From Thermodesulfobacteriota bacterium (GTDB lineage Bacteria; Desulfobacterota; Desulfarculia; JACQYL01), in assembly GCA_963675595.2 (NCBI GenBank), contig CAXXLZ010000002.1:4608001-4672000 (forward strand): a stretch of DNA of 64,000 nt. Reading direction: 5' to 3'. A program made the translations under genes and the position numbers. Positions 28,420-38,979 of this stretch are shown one piece after another. How positions within the stretch are numbered: position 1 is the stretch's first letter; the number at the start of each line of letters is the position of its first letter. The notes beneath the pieces are model-generated. The model worked only from the letters and a program-made list of their open reading frames with translations. It was not told where the DNA came from and searched no databases.

Positions 28420-30324
28420 CTATAGACAGTTTTGCACGTTTTCCCATTCGCCGGAACGTATCTGCTCAAACTTTTCCCAGAACAAGCGGTCGCTTAAGTA
28501 GAAACGTCCGTTCTTACTGCGAGCCACGAATTTTGAGAATTGTCTCGGGCCGCCGTTATACACCGCATAGACCGCACGTGCCGCAAAATCGGAATTCATC
28601 GGATCGTCCGGGTCCACCTTATCGAGAACATAACGGCCGAGGTAAAGGGCTAATATTTGGCAACCCGCCCGGGCGTTGTACCAGATGTTCCATCGTAGAT
28701 GGTGCTGGTCGTAAATTCCTCGCCAAACCCGTTCGTTGATCTGCATGAGTCCCACGGAAGAACCGTTGTAGGAGCGGAGAACCCGGATCTTTCGGTCTCC
28801 CACCGTGAACTGTCTCCAACAGCTCTCCTGCCATGCGGTTGCCGGAATGAGAATGCGAAACAGGTCGTGGTGTTCCGCGTCCAATGGGCTTTTCTCGATG
28901 GTGTCTTCCGCTGCTTGGGTCAGGACGTTGCGAACGCGCTCGAGGTATCCCTTCTTGTTCGTGTCCGGAACGAGCCAGCGAGTCAACTCTTCCACATCGA
29001 TGCGGCGATCGGCGGAGGCTCGCTCCGGATACTCGCCGTCCGAGGCCCAAGCGCTGGAAGTAACCCAAGAGAAACCGAGCCAACGCCGAAAAAAGGCGGC
29101 GGGGGAGGAATGCTCTTGTTCCTGCAGGTCTTCGGAATCCGGAGGCGACGATACATCAGGCAGCTGTTCCAGTCCCATCAACCGTCTCAAGTCGTCGTCC
29201 ACCTTATAACGATAGACCAGCGAAGGCATCACGCCGGAGCGGTTGAGAAGTCTGGCCAAACGTCGTAATCCATCGCCGCTGATCTCAATGCCCAAAGCGG
29301 GCCCCAAGCTGTCCAAGGCTTCCAGGGCATCGGCCGCGGATAAGAACGTCAGATAGTTCAGGAGGGTCGGAGCATCCTGTTGCGCCAAATGTCTTCGAAG
29401 GATCGGCGCGGCTGTGCGCCATGCCTTGACGAACTGCTCTCTGACCAAGTCTTTGCCGCGATCTCCCTTGGTCATGGCTTCCACAAACTGGTATCGCATG
29501 TCGAGCAGCAAATCCAGGAGATCCTTCTTTTCACGGTCCGTAAGAGACAAGGCGGCAAATCCATGGATTTCATAAACCAGAAAAGCGTCCCATGTTTCCC
29601 AAAGTCGAACGAACGCCCCCATTTCCTCCCGGGTGAGTGGCTCCGCAGGGAGGATGGGAGCTTTCTTCGGCAAAGACTCCACGTCAATAAGGATTGAGGC
29701 TCGGAGTCCTCCAGGCGCGACTTCGATGGTTCCCGGGCGAAGGGTGTTGAACCATGCCTTGACCCGATCTCGGGATTCTTCATTGACCATCAGAGGGACA
29801 AATTCCTTCATTTCAGCCAGCGGCGGGGCGAAACCCACGCAAGTATCGTCCAGGTATTGGTGAACATGGGTCTTAATCAATTCCCAGATAATCTTGTTCA
29901 CCGTAGTTTCTTCTCTGTTCGAGTTGAACAGGCGGGAATCCACGGTCCGAAATTTCAGGTTCCAATCGGAGTCCAGGCTCGGCTCTCCCAATACCTCGAT
30001 GAAGCCTTCCCAAGCTTCAGGACCTCGACAATTACCCATCCAGGGCATGCCGGCTTGGACTCGAATTCGGGAACCGAGCCGCAACAGATGCCCTTCCGGA
30101 CCCAATTCCGGGCTCCAAAGCTCAATGTAGTTGCAGCCCTGGAGTTCGTTGAGCACGATCACACGCTTGCCCGGGTCCGTGTACAAGAAGTGCTCCAGAA
30201 GACGGGTGAGGGTGGGATAATCAAGGTTGGCGGGAATGGACACGGTTTCCGCTCCGGCCCGCCCGAGGAAGAGGAGCGTCACCAAGAAGGCGCATACGAT
30301 TGGACTCTTGAAAAGGCGCGACAT
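28420..30324 (-). CDS. exported lytic transglycosylase (SLT) with large N-terminal domain
   Basis: Signal peptide; C-terminal AWQES, GLMQIN, YNARAG, AVYNGGP SLT motifs. Confidence 0.85.
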   Translation of the reverse strand: MSRLFKSPIVCAFLVTLLFLGRAGAETVSIPANLDYPTLTRLLEHFLYTDPGKRVIVLNELQGCNYIELWSPELGPEGHLLRLGSRIRVQAGMPWMGNCRGPEAWEGFIEVLGEPSLDSDWNLKFRTVDSRLFNSNREETTVNKIIWELIKTHVHQYLDDTCVGFAPPLAEMKEFVPLMVNEESRDRVKAWFNTLRPGTIEVAPGGLRASILIDVESLPKKAPILPAEPLTREEMGAFVRLWETWDAFLVYEIHGFAALSLTDREKKDLLDLLLDMRYQFVEAMTKGDRGKDLVREQFVKAWRTAAPILRRHLAQQDAPTLLNYLTFLSAADALEALDSLGPALGIEISGDGLRRLARLLNRSGVMPSLVYRYKVDDDLRRLMGLEQLPDVSSPPDSEDLQEQEHSSPAAFFRRWLGFSWVTSSAWASDGEYPERASADRRIDVEELTRWLVPDTNKKGYLERVRNVLTQAAEDTIEKSPLDAEHHDLFRILIPATAWQESCWRQFTVGDRKIRVLRSYNGSSVGLMQINERVWRGIYDQHHLRWNIWYNARAGCQILALYLGRYVLDKVDPDDPMNSDFAARAVYAVYNGGPRQFSKFVARSKNGRFYLSDRLFWEKFEQIRSGEWENVQNCL

Positions 30325-30734
30325 GTTTCACCAATGGCGGGATGCGATTGCGGCCCGAGTCTTTGATCGTGAAAAAGTTTCCCTATGACGCACCCAAAAT
30401 ACCATGATCGGTTCGGCTTGGAAACTTATCATGGTCTGCAAGGACTTTCCGGGGGAGGGGCCGAATTCGGATTCCGGTTTCAGCCGACTCAGGGAACGTG
30501 TGGGGGGAGCGGGGCCGATATCGGAAACCAATGGATAATGCGGCGGTTTGCTGCTATCTTTCCTATTAGTGAATGGTGTGCCCATCGAAAGTCGGGCACG
30601 CCGGTTCTCGAAGCGTCTTGTTGTTGCCGGTCGATATGTCGGCCATGTTGACATTGCAGAAAGTCCTCATTGCGGGCTCACACGGCTCCAAGGTTTATGG
30701 AGGAGCGTGCGTCCCGCGTCGAAGGGTGTCGCTT

Positions 30735-32423
30735 ATGAACGCCGGGTGTGCCTTTGCGCGATCGAATCGAGTGGTTGGAACCTTACGACCTTTTTTCGGT
30801 CTTTGTCTGTTTCTATTTTCCGCTGTTATGGTTTGTTTTGTTGCTCCCGCTTCAGCGGAAGACACGGTGGAAATCGACGTGGTCCGGGGAGACTATCTGG
30901 TCCGTATCTGTGAGCGGTATCTCCAGGAACCGGAAGATTGGCAACGAGTAGCGGATCTGAACGGGCTGGGTAATCCCGACCTGATTCATCCCGGAGATCG
31001 CCTCCAAATTCCGGTGATTTGGCTGAAAGGGCTCCCCTTGGACGGCAGAGTCACTCATGCGCAGGGTCAGGTGCTTCTGGAACCAAAGAGCGGGGGCTTG
31101 ATTCGGCCGCTGTCCGAAGGGGATCCCATAGCAGAGGGATACCGGATCACCACCGGTGAAAACAGTGAGGCCACCATCGAATTCGAGAGTGGAGTGGTTA
31201 TACGCCTGCGTTCCAAAACCACTCTGAGAATCGATCAAGCGAATCGGAAAGACGAGCAGACTCTGCTTTTTCAGATGTTCCTGCAAATGGGGAAGGTGGT
31301 TTCCAGAATCCGGGACGCGCTGCAACGGGACAGCCGGTTCGAGCTCGAAACACCCTCCGCGGTGGCGGGGGTGAGGGGTACCCGTTTTCGTTGCGGGGTC
31401 GATGCGGAGAAAGCAGCCCGGTATGAGGTGCTGGATGGGGTGGTATCCGTTCAGGCCGAAGAACGAGAAGTCCTTCTCCCGCCCGGAACCGGGACCGTGG
31501 TTGAACTCGGAGGGCTTCCTTTGGATCCTATGCCCCTGCTCCCTTCTCCACGGGTGATTCCTCCGAGCTCTCCATGGAAGTCTCTGCCCGTCGAACTTGA
31601 ATTGGAGCCCGTGCCGGGAGCGGTATCGTATCGGGTGGTCTTGTCTCTTGATCCCAATCTGCGGCAAGTCGTCAGGGAGTCGATGGTGCCTTCCCACGAG
31701 GTAATCCGATTCGACTCGCTTCCGGACGGCGAATATTACATGGCCGCTGCCGGCATCGATGAGAAAGGTTTGGAAGGGCCTCAATCCGAGGTGGTTTCCT
31801 TGCAGGTTCGGATACATCCGTTGCCGCCCGGAATGATCAGGACATCGGGGCCGATCCAGCCGAGCGGGGAGGCCTTTTTCGGCTGGGAACCCGTTGCCGG
31901 GTCCACGGCCTACAGAATTCGGATCGAGGATTCCGCGGGCGAGGTGGCGAATATAAGGAGTGATGTACCTTCTTCAGCCGCCGTACTGATGCCCGAGACG
32001 CCCACGGAATATCGGGTCGACGTGCGCGCCGTGGCACCGGACGGCTATGAAGGTATCTGGTCGGAACAAACGAGCATGTTGGTCGTGCCGCCTCCCGCCC
32101 CCCCGAAGGTTGAATTCCCCGACGAGTCGTCCGAAACGATCCGTCTGGGGGCTGAAGACTCGGACCATGGCATGCAATACCGTTTCCAGGTGGCGCAAGA
32201 TCCGGATTTCAAAGGTCTTGTTTACGATGCCGTCTCGGACGACTCGGAGACGGCCATGAGCGGGCATCTGGAGCCGGGAGAATATTATGTGCGGGTCGCC
32301 CTGGTTTCCGGAGATTTTCAGAGCGGTTTTTCGGGTCCGACCTCTTTTGTGACCGGAAACCGCTGGAAGCTTTTTTCAACCATACTGCTGACGATGATCA
32401 CTCTGGCGGCCACCGTACCTTAA
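30735..32423 (+). CDS. LysM-FecR-fibronectin III domain protein with C-terminal hydrophobic tail
   Basis: VVRGDYL..I...YL..PEDW..VA.LN...NPDLIHPGDRLQIP (LysM); TPSAVAGVRGT.F (FecR); PVPGAVSYRV, WEPVAGSTAYRI FN3-like repeats; start uncertain (30735 chosen). Confidence 0.85.
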   Translation: MNAGCAFARSNRVVGTLRPFFGLCLFLFSAVMVCFVAPASAEDTVEIDVVRGDYLVRICERYLQEPEDWQRVADLNGLGNPDLIHPGDRLQIPVIWLKGLPLDGRVTHAQGQVLLEPKSGGLIRPLSEGDPIAEGYRITTGENSEATIEFESGVVIRLRSKTTLRIDQANRKDEQTLLFQMFLQMGKVVSRIRDALQRDSRFELETPSAVAGVRGTRFRCGVDAEKAARYEVLDGVVSVQAEEREVLLPPGTGTVVELGGLPLDPMPLLPSPRVIPPSSPWKSLPVELELEPVPGAVSYRVVLSLDPNLRQVVRESMVPSHEVIRFDSLPDGEYYMAAAGIDEKGLEGPQSEVVSLQVRIHPLPPGMIRTSGPIQPSGEAFFGWEPVAGSTAYRIRIEDSAGEVANIRSDVPSSAAVLMPETPTEYRVDVRAVAPDGYEGIWSEQTSMLVVPPPAPPKVEFPDESSETIRLGAEDSDHGMQYRFQVAQDPDFKGLVYDAVSDDSETAMSGHLEPGEYYVRVALVSGDFQSGFSGPTSFVTGNRWKLFSTILLTMITLAATVP

Positions 32424-32445
32424 CCATCGGCGGGTTTCCATAACC

Positions 32446-35094
32446 ATGAAGACTCCATCCGCCCGGAACACCATCCCGAGAGCCCTCCGGGCGCGCTATG
32501 CTTTTATCTTTGCCGTCGGGATCTGTTTGTTGGCCGTCGCCGACCAATTCACCTTGCTCTCTCCGTTGGACCGAGTCCTGCAAGATGTGGAATACAGAAT
32601 CAGAGGAGTCAAGACTCCTCCCTCCCGCGTCCTCATTGTGGCCGTGGATGAACGAAGCCTCCACTCTTTGGGGCGATGGCCCATTTCCAGGAACCACTAC
32701 GCGGAGCTTCTTGACCGATTGAAGGAGGCCGGCGCGGTGGGCTTCGACGTGGTTATGTCGGAACCGTCTCCGCAGGATGAGGTTTTGAGGGAAGCGATTG
32801 AGCGTCACGGCAGGGTGGTTCTCCCCATGTATGTCTCTCGGGATTTGAAGCAGGTTCTGCCGACGGACGTTCTTACCGCTTCAGGAAGCCCCGTTGGGCA
32901 CATCCACATGGAAATGGGACCGGACGGCATCGTTCGTCAAGTCCGGCACACAGTTCACGAAGGAGGTCGAAGGCGGCCTTCCATGGCCCTTGTTCTGGCG
33001 GTCCCGGCGCGGGGAGGCAACGGCAAATCGGACTCGTTTCGTCCTCCGGAGGGCAAGACGTTATTCGGCTTCGGCGAAAGAAAAAGCGTCGGCATCAACT
33101 ACTACGGGCCCCCCGGTACCTTCTTTCGGGTCTCTCTGGCGGATGTCCTTGACGGCAAGTTTTCCGAGTCATTTTTCAAAGACAAAATCATCCTTGTCGG
33201 AGTGACCGCCGAGGGCATTAAAGACGGATTAGGTACTCCCTTCAGTCGGAACCGCAACCAAATGGCGGGCGTTGAGCTTCAGGCCACCGTGTTGGCTAAC
33301 CTGCTGGACGGTTCTTGGCTGAAACCGATCAACGGCGCACTGAGGCTTGCCGCGGCGGTGGCGCTCTTCGTGGTCTTCTTTTTCTGGAGTATTCGGCCGG
33401 CCGGCCTGGGGAGTCTGGGAAGCCTGAGTATCATTCTCGCGACTCCGGCTCTTGTTCAGTTTGGACTATTCGCAAAGGCGTCGACGTGGATTTCGCCTTC
33501 GATCTTCCTCCTTGCCTTGGTGTGCGCCGGCGTGATCGGCCATGTATTCAAGCTGGAGCGCGTCGGTCTGCTGCTTTCCGAGGCCAACCGGGACTGGAAG
33601 GATTCATTCGACAGCATCGCCGACGGAATCGTTATTTTGGACTCGGCCTGTCATTGGGTCAAGACGAACCACGCAGCTGAAACAATGCTGGACGCCAAGC
33701 TGACTCAGCTAGTCACGGAAAGATGCCGGACCCTGTCGAAAAAAGCGGGTTACGACAAAGAGACCGGCAAGGGAGATGCGGGGCGGTATCATCCTGTGAT
33801 GGAGGAAGTGTCCGAAGCGCACTTGTCAAAACATTACGAAGTTACCTCCTTAGCCAGGATGGGTTCTGACAGGGAGTTCGCCGGCAGCGTGCATGTGCTG
33901 AGAGATGTCACCGATGAGAAGATTTCCCAATACGAAAGAAGAATTCTTCAGGAGCAGCTCCAGAAGGTACAGAAAACCGAAGCCATAGCGGTGCTGGCGG
34001 AAGGCATCGCGCACGATTTCAACAACATCCTTGCGGTGATGATGGGATATGCCGAGGCTTCCCTACTGGACACGCCCGACCAGTCGCACGTTCATGGGAA
34101 GATCGAGAAGATTGTGGCGGCCGGAGAGAGGGGCAAAGAACTTGTGGGGCAAATCCTCAGAATGGGCCGCAGCACGAAAAATGAGCGTAAGCCCGTACAG
34201 GTGAATTCCGCTGCGGGTGAGATTTTGAAACTGCTCAAGGCCGCCGTCCCCGCCACCATTCGGATTGAAGAGGATTTCAGGAGTGACTCATCGGTGATGG
34301 CGGACCCTTCGGAGCTTTACCAGGTCCTGATGAATCTCTGCGTCAACTCGGCTCAGGCAATGCAGGATCGGGGAGGCATCCTGAGAGTGGCGACACGAGA
34401 GGTGGACATAGATGAAATTATAGTGGGAGCGCGTCCCATCCTTCACCCGGGTCACTATCTTCGACTGAGTGTCGAAGACACGGGTCATGGGATCCCTCCC
34501 GAAATCATGGACAATATCTTCCAGCCGCACTTCACCACCAAAGCCGGAGGCAAAGGCACGGGACTCGGATTGGCCACGGCATCCAATATCGTGGAAAACC
34601 ATGGGGGGGCCATGGCGGTGGAGAGCAGGGTCGGGGAAGGCACGGTATTTCACGTGTTCCTGCCTCTAACGGATCGCCCCGTGCTTGAGGAAGAACGAAA
34701 AGAGACCGACGTTCCGGTCATGGGTCGGGAGCGGATTCTGTTCGTGGACGACGAGGAGAGCCTTCTGGAAATCGGCAGAGATGTGCTCGGGCGGCTGGGT
34801 TACCAGGTAACGACCTTTTTGGACCCCAGAGAGGCTTTGGCCCGGTTCTCGGAAGAGCCCGATGCTTTCGATCTCGTTGTAACGGACATGACCATGCCTT
34901 ATTTGACTGGGGATTCGCTCACACGGCAACTAAAGGAAGTCCGTCCGGATATCCCGGTGATTCTCTGCAGCGGCTTCAGCCACCGAATCGAAGAAGGGAC
35001 TGTCGAAAAAACGGACTTTCAGGCCGTGATGACCAAACCTTACACGATCGGCGGCCTTTCGAGAACTCTCAGAAAAGTACTCGATCAGGCTTAG
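32446..35094 (+). CDS. CHASE2-domain hybrid sensor histidine kinase
   Basis: VAVDERSL..LGRWP, VGFDV, DGIVR, KIILVG, AGVELQA (CHASE2); 3 TM; GIAHDFNNIL; GKGTGLGL; C-terminal REC (TDMTMP). Confidence 0.93.
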   Translation: MKTPSARNTIPRALRARYAFIFAVGICLLAVADQFTLLSPLDRVLQDVEYRIRGVKTPPSRVLIVAVDERSLHSLGRWPISRNHYAELLDRLKEAGAVGFDVVMSEPSPQDEVLREAIERHGRVVLPMYVSRDLKQVLPTDVLTASGSPVGHIHMEMGPDGIVRQVRHTVHEGGRRRPSMALVLAVPARGGNGKSDSFRPPEGKTLFGFGERKSVGINYYGPPGTFFRVSLADVLDGKFSESFFKDKIILVGVTAEGIKDGLGTPFSRNRNQMAGVELQATVLANLLDGSWLKPINGALRLAAAVALFVVFFFWSIRPAGLGSLGSLSIILATPALVQFGLFAKASTWISPSIFLLALVCAGVIGHVFKLERVGLLLSEANRDWKDSFDSIADGIVILDSACHWVKTNHAAETMLDAKLTQLVTERCRTLSKKAGYDKETGKGDAGRYHPVMEEVSEAHLSKHYEVTSLARMGSDREFAGSVHVLRDVTDEKISQYERRILQEQLQKVQKTEAIAVLAEGIAHDFNNILAVMMGYAEASLLDTPDQSHVHGKIEKIVAAGERGKELVGQILRMGRSTKNERKPVQVNSAAGEILKLLKAAVPATIRIEEDFRSDSSVMADPSELYQVLMNLCVNSAQAMQDRGGILRVATREVDIDEIIVGARPILHPGHYLRLSVEDTGHGIPPEIMDNIFQPHFTTKAGGKGTGLGLATASNIVENHGGAMAVESRVGEGTVFHVFLPLTDRPVLEEERKETDVPVMGRERILFVDDEESLLEIGRDVLGRLGYQVTTFLDPREALARFSEEPDAFDLVVTDMTMPYLTGDSLTRQLKEVRPDIPVILCSGFSHRIEEGTVEKTDFQAVMTKPYTIGGLSRTLRKVLDQA

Positions 35095-35158
35095 GGAGAT
35101 CGCGCAATACACCGATCATCGTCTTCTGCGTCGCGAATCTTCTTCGAGGAAATGCCCC

Positions 35159-36208
35159 ATGAGTTTTGTCAAAGGCGCGGATGCGTCGAAATCCTATGAG
35201 AATCGTGCCCTTTTGACTTGTCTCGAAGTGGGCAAATTGCTGATCTCCAACCTGGATCTGAAGGAGATTCTCCGACTGATCATGACCAAAGTAACGGAAG
35301 TGATCGAGGCGGAGAACTGGTCTCTCTTGCTTGAAGATGAAACTACGGGCGGACTCCGCTTCGAGATCGCAGTGGGAATCGACCGCGAGAAAATCAACGG
35401 GTTCAAATTGAAGCCCGGGGAAGGGGCGGCCGGCCATGCGGCCGAAACCGGTACCCTGCTGATCGTACCGGACGTTCACGGCGATCCCAGATTCAGCCCT
35501 CGTGTGGACCAACTGACCGGGTTCACCACTCATTCCCTGGTGTGCGTTCCTCTTCGGTTTCAAGATGAGGTCTTAGGGGTTATTGAGATCGTAAACATCA
35601 AAGATTTCGTGGAATTTGAATCCAAAGTTTTACCGGTTCTGACGATTCTAGCCGATTATGCCGCTATTGCCATTGAGCATTCCCGGTTGTTCGATCGAAT
35701 TCGGAGGATGAGCATCACGGATGAGTACACCGGACTGTATAACGCCCGATACCTCCATCAGATACTGGGAGGGCTTGTGAATGAAGCGCGCAGCGGGTCC
35801 CGGAGCCTGGCCGTTGTGTTCGTGGACGTGGATCATTTCAAGCGGATCGTGGATACTCGGGGACATCCCGCCGGCAGCTTGGTTCTGAAAGAGATCGGGC
35901 AAACCATACAATCCTGTCTCTCAGAAGATGACTTACTGATCAAATACGGGGGCGATGAGTATGTGCTGTTGCTTCCCGGCCGCAACCGTGATTCGGCTTG
36001 GGGACTCGTTCGTCGTGTACAGGAAGCGATTCGGGCGTCCAAGTACCTCCTGTCCGATCCGGAACCGGTTTCCGTCACCGCCAGCTTCGGAATCGCCTTA
36101 TGCCCTGATGATGCTCGGAACGAAAAGGACCTTCTGATCCTGGCGGACCAGATGATGTATTCCATCAAGCGGACTACCAAAGACGGGATCGGCATTCACC
36201 CGCGGTAA
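35159..36208 (+). CDS. GAF-GGDEF diguanylate cyclase
   Basis: GAF (GEGAAG, VPDV..DPRF, LGVIE); TDEYTGLYN, DVDHFK, YGGDEY. Confidence 0.92.
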   Translation: MSFVKGADASKSYENRALLTCLEVGKLLISNLDLKEILRLIMTKVTEVIEAENWSLLLEDETTGGLRFEIAVGIDREKINGFKLKPGEGAAGHAAETGTLLIVPDVHGDPRFSPRVDQLTGFTTHSLVCVPLRFQDEVLGVIEIVNIKDFVEFESKVLPVLTILADYAAIAIEHSRLFDRIRRMSITDEYTGLYNARYLHQILGGLVNEARSGSRSLAVVFVDVDHFKRIVDTRGHPAGSLVLKEIGQTIQSCLSEDDLLIKYGGDEYVLLLPGRNRDSAWGLVRRVQEAIRASKYLLSDPEPVSVTASFGIALCPDDARNEKDLLILADQMMYSIKRTTKDGIGIHPR

Positions 36209-36459
36209 TGCATGATATCCTTTCCGCCCGCGTTTTCACAGGTTGCTTTCCACCCTCCGGGACGTACGCCGGTGTAGGTCGTTCCATTCCAGGCCGACTC
36301 AGGGGTAGGGTAGGGAATCTCCGCCTGACTCGTCGGCTCCTCTGCTCTCTTTGTTTGCGGCCCCGGGCGGTGGTCGTGGTCAGGGCATGAAAATTGCTTC
36401 CAGTGTGCGGATAGACGAGAAACCAACGGTCCTACAGAGGAAACGGAGGAATAGAACCT

Positions 36460-38784
36460 TTGGAGCACATGAAGCTTTTGTGCGATTTCAGTGAGATAAA
36501 CTGGGTCTTCGCGGACAGCGCCAGTATAGAGACCTTTCTGCAGAAGATCGTGACCATGGTCGCCAAACATATGCAGGCCCACGTCAGTTCCATATATCTT
36601 TATGATGAAGCCGAGCATGAATTGACACTTCGTGCCACCCAAGGCCTTAACCCCGATGCGGTCAATCGGGTGAAACTCCGGTTGGGAGAGGGGATCACCG
36701 GACTGGCCCTGAAGGAACTGCGGCCGGTCACACAAAGAGGAGGCGAAGTCCATCCCAATTACAAGGCGATCCCCGGGATATTCGAAGAGAATTTCGAGTC
36801 CTTCCTCGCGGTTCCCATCGTCCGAGGCGTATCCCGGGTGGGCGTTCTCACCGCGCAAAGGGTGAGGGAGCGAAACTTCACCGACGAAGATGTCATGGCC
36901 ATGCGGGCCATTGCCTCCCAGTTGGCCAACATACTTGAAAACGCCAAACTGCTTATGGGGCTGGAGGGGAAGCTCCTCTCTCCGACGAGGGAAGAGTCTC
37001 TCTCGGACCTGAAGTTCCTCAAAGGGAAGAAGGCCGCTCCGGGATTCGCGTATGCTCCCACCAGGGTGGTAGACCGCGGGCGGGGGCTTTCCTTTTTGTA
37101 TCGACGCGAGATTCAAGGCGAATATGGAATCGAAGATTTCCGCCGTGCGCTGTCCGCAACGGAACAACAGCTTTCCACGCTCCAGACCGAAATCGGTGAG
37201 AGGCTGTCGGACGCCGCCTCTTTGATCTTTACCTCCCACTTGCTGATCTTGAAGGACCGGAGATTTGTTGGAGCCATTGAGGAGATGATCGAGGAGGGGA
37301 TCAACCCACCTGAAGCGGTCCGGTCGGTGGCGGAAAAATATGTAGAGGCCTTTTCCAAGAGCTCCGATCCCTACATCAAAGAAAAAGCTTCGGACCTTCT
37401 GGACCTGGCTCTGCGGCTATTTTCCAACATTATAGAGGACACGGGGGAGGTCTATACTTTCAGGGGCCGGGTCGTGGTTGCCCGTGATCTGTTTCCTTCG
37501 GACTTCCTTAGGATGTCTTCCGAAGGGGTTGCGGGTATCGTCATGGCCACCGGCGGTGTGACTTCCCACCTTTCCATACTGGCCCGCTCCCTTCGGATTC
37601 CCATGGTCATCGTGGACGAGCCGCGTCTGCTTGGATTGCCCGAGTCGAGTCTGTTGCTGCTGGATGCGGAATTGGGGAACATTTATGTGAATCCGTCCGA
37701 GGAAGTGGTTTCCGCGTTCAATAAACGCAACGAAGCCAGATCGAAGGCGGATGCGGACAAACTTCGTATGGAGCCGGTTTCGCATACGCGGGACGGTGTG
37801 CGCGTCCGACTCCTGGCGAATATCAATCTTCTCACCGACCTCGATCTGGCCCGCGAGATGAAGTGTGAGGGCATCGGCCTTTATCGAACGGAATTTCCTT
37901 TCATCATTCGTTCCGATTTTCCCTGTGAGGAAGAGCAGTATGTAGTCTATCGGAAGCTCATCGAGGCCTGTCCCGGCAAGCCGATCACGCTTCGTACCCT
38001 GGACATCGGGGGCGACAAGGTGCTTTCTTATTTTCCGAGAATTCGGGAGCAGAATCCGTTTCTGGGCTTACGATCGATTCGCTTCACTCTTAAGCACAAG
38101 GACATCCTGGTCGCTCAGGTTCGCGCCATGCTGCGGGCGGGCAAGGGCGCCGATTTGCGCATCATGTTTCCCATGATTTCCTCCATTGAGGAATTTCGCC
38201 GGGCCAAAGACGTGGTGAGAGAGTGTATCGCGGACCTGACCAAGGAAAAAGTGGAACACAACTCAAAGCCCGGGATCGGAATGATGGTCGAGGTGCCGTC
38301 GGTGGTGGATCTTGCCGACGATTTTGCCCGACAGGCCGACTTCTTTTCACTGGGAACCAACGATTTCATTCAGTATCTGCTGGCCGTGGATCGGACGAAC
38401 GAAAAGGTCGGTGATTTGTATATTCCGCATCATCCTGCAGTGCTGCGGAGCCTCAAGAGAGTGGCCGATGCGGCTTTGAGAGCGGATATCGAGCTGTCCG
38501 TGTGCGGCGACATGGCCCACGACGTGAGACTCTTGCCGTTTCTTCTGGGTATCGGAGTTCGTCACCTGAGTATGGCCCCGGTTTACCTTCCGAAGGTGCA
38601 ACGGGCGGTGCTGGACCTCTCTTATCAAGATGCCGGAGAACTGACGGGTGCTCTCATTCGGGCGAACGAGGTACGGGAGGTGGAACGGTTGTTGGACAAG
38701 ACCGTTCCGCGTGGTGTACCGACCTCACGAGTGGTCGAGGCAGGGGTGGTCCACGACGGCTTGTCCAACGCCGTCTCGGGCTAG
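36460..38784 (+). CDS. ptsP: PEP-protein phosphotransferase EI(Ntr) with N-terminal GAF
   Basis: GAF (LRATQGL, LGEGITG); GGVTSHLSILARS; GIGLYRTEF; RTLDIGGDK; NPFLGLR; SLGTNDF; VCGDMA. Confidence 0.93.
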   Translation: MEHMKLLCDFSEINWVFADSASIETFLQKIVTMVAKHMQAHVSSIYLYDEAEHELTLRATQGLNPDAVNRVKLRLGEGITGLALKELRPVTQRGGEVHPNYKAIPGIFEENFESFLAVPIVRGVSRVGVLTAQRVRERNFTDEDVMAMRAIASQLANILENAKLLMGLEGKLLSPTREESLSDLKFLKGKKAAPGFAYAPTRVVDRGRGLSFLYRREIQGEYGIEDFRRALSATEQQLSTLQTEIGERLSDAASLIFTSHLLILKDRRFVGAIEEMIEEGINPPEAVRSVAEKYVEAFSKSSDPYIKEKASDLLDLALRLFSNIIEDTGEVYTFRGRVVVARDLFPSDFLRMSSEGVAGIVMATGGVTSHLSILARSLRIPMVIVDEPRLLGLPESSLLLLDAELGNIYVNPSEEVVSAFNKRNEARSKADADKLRMEPVSHTRDGVRVRLLANINLLTDLDLAREMKCEGIGLYRTEFPFIIRSDFPCEEEQYVVYRKLIEACPGKPITLRTLDIGGDKVLSYFPRIREQNPFLGLRSIRFTLKHKDILVAQVRAMLRAGKGADLRIMFPMISSIEEFRRAKDVVRECIADLTKEKVEHNSKPGIGMMVEVPSVVDLADDFARQADFFSLGTNDFIQYLLAVDRTNEKVGDLYIPHHPAVLRSLKRVADAALRADIELSVCGDMAHDVRLLPFLLGIGVRHLSMAPVYLPKVQRAVLDLSYQDAGELTGALIRANEVREVERLLDKTVPRGVPTSRVVEAGVVHDGLSNAVSG

Positions 38785-38979
38785 TGCATCGTGAGGACGT
38801 CCTCTGAATGTGACTTCAACCGCGAGTGTCGCGTCGTTTCGTCGGACGCCGCGTTCGGAACCGTCAAGCCTGCCTGACACGCACCGATCAAACGCCCACG
38901 TATCCGAACGGTGCCATGCGCGGCTATGGCGCCGACCGCCTTGCGCCACGATTGCCTTCGGCAACGATCGTTTGCCGGG

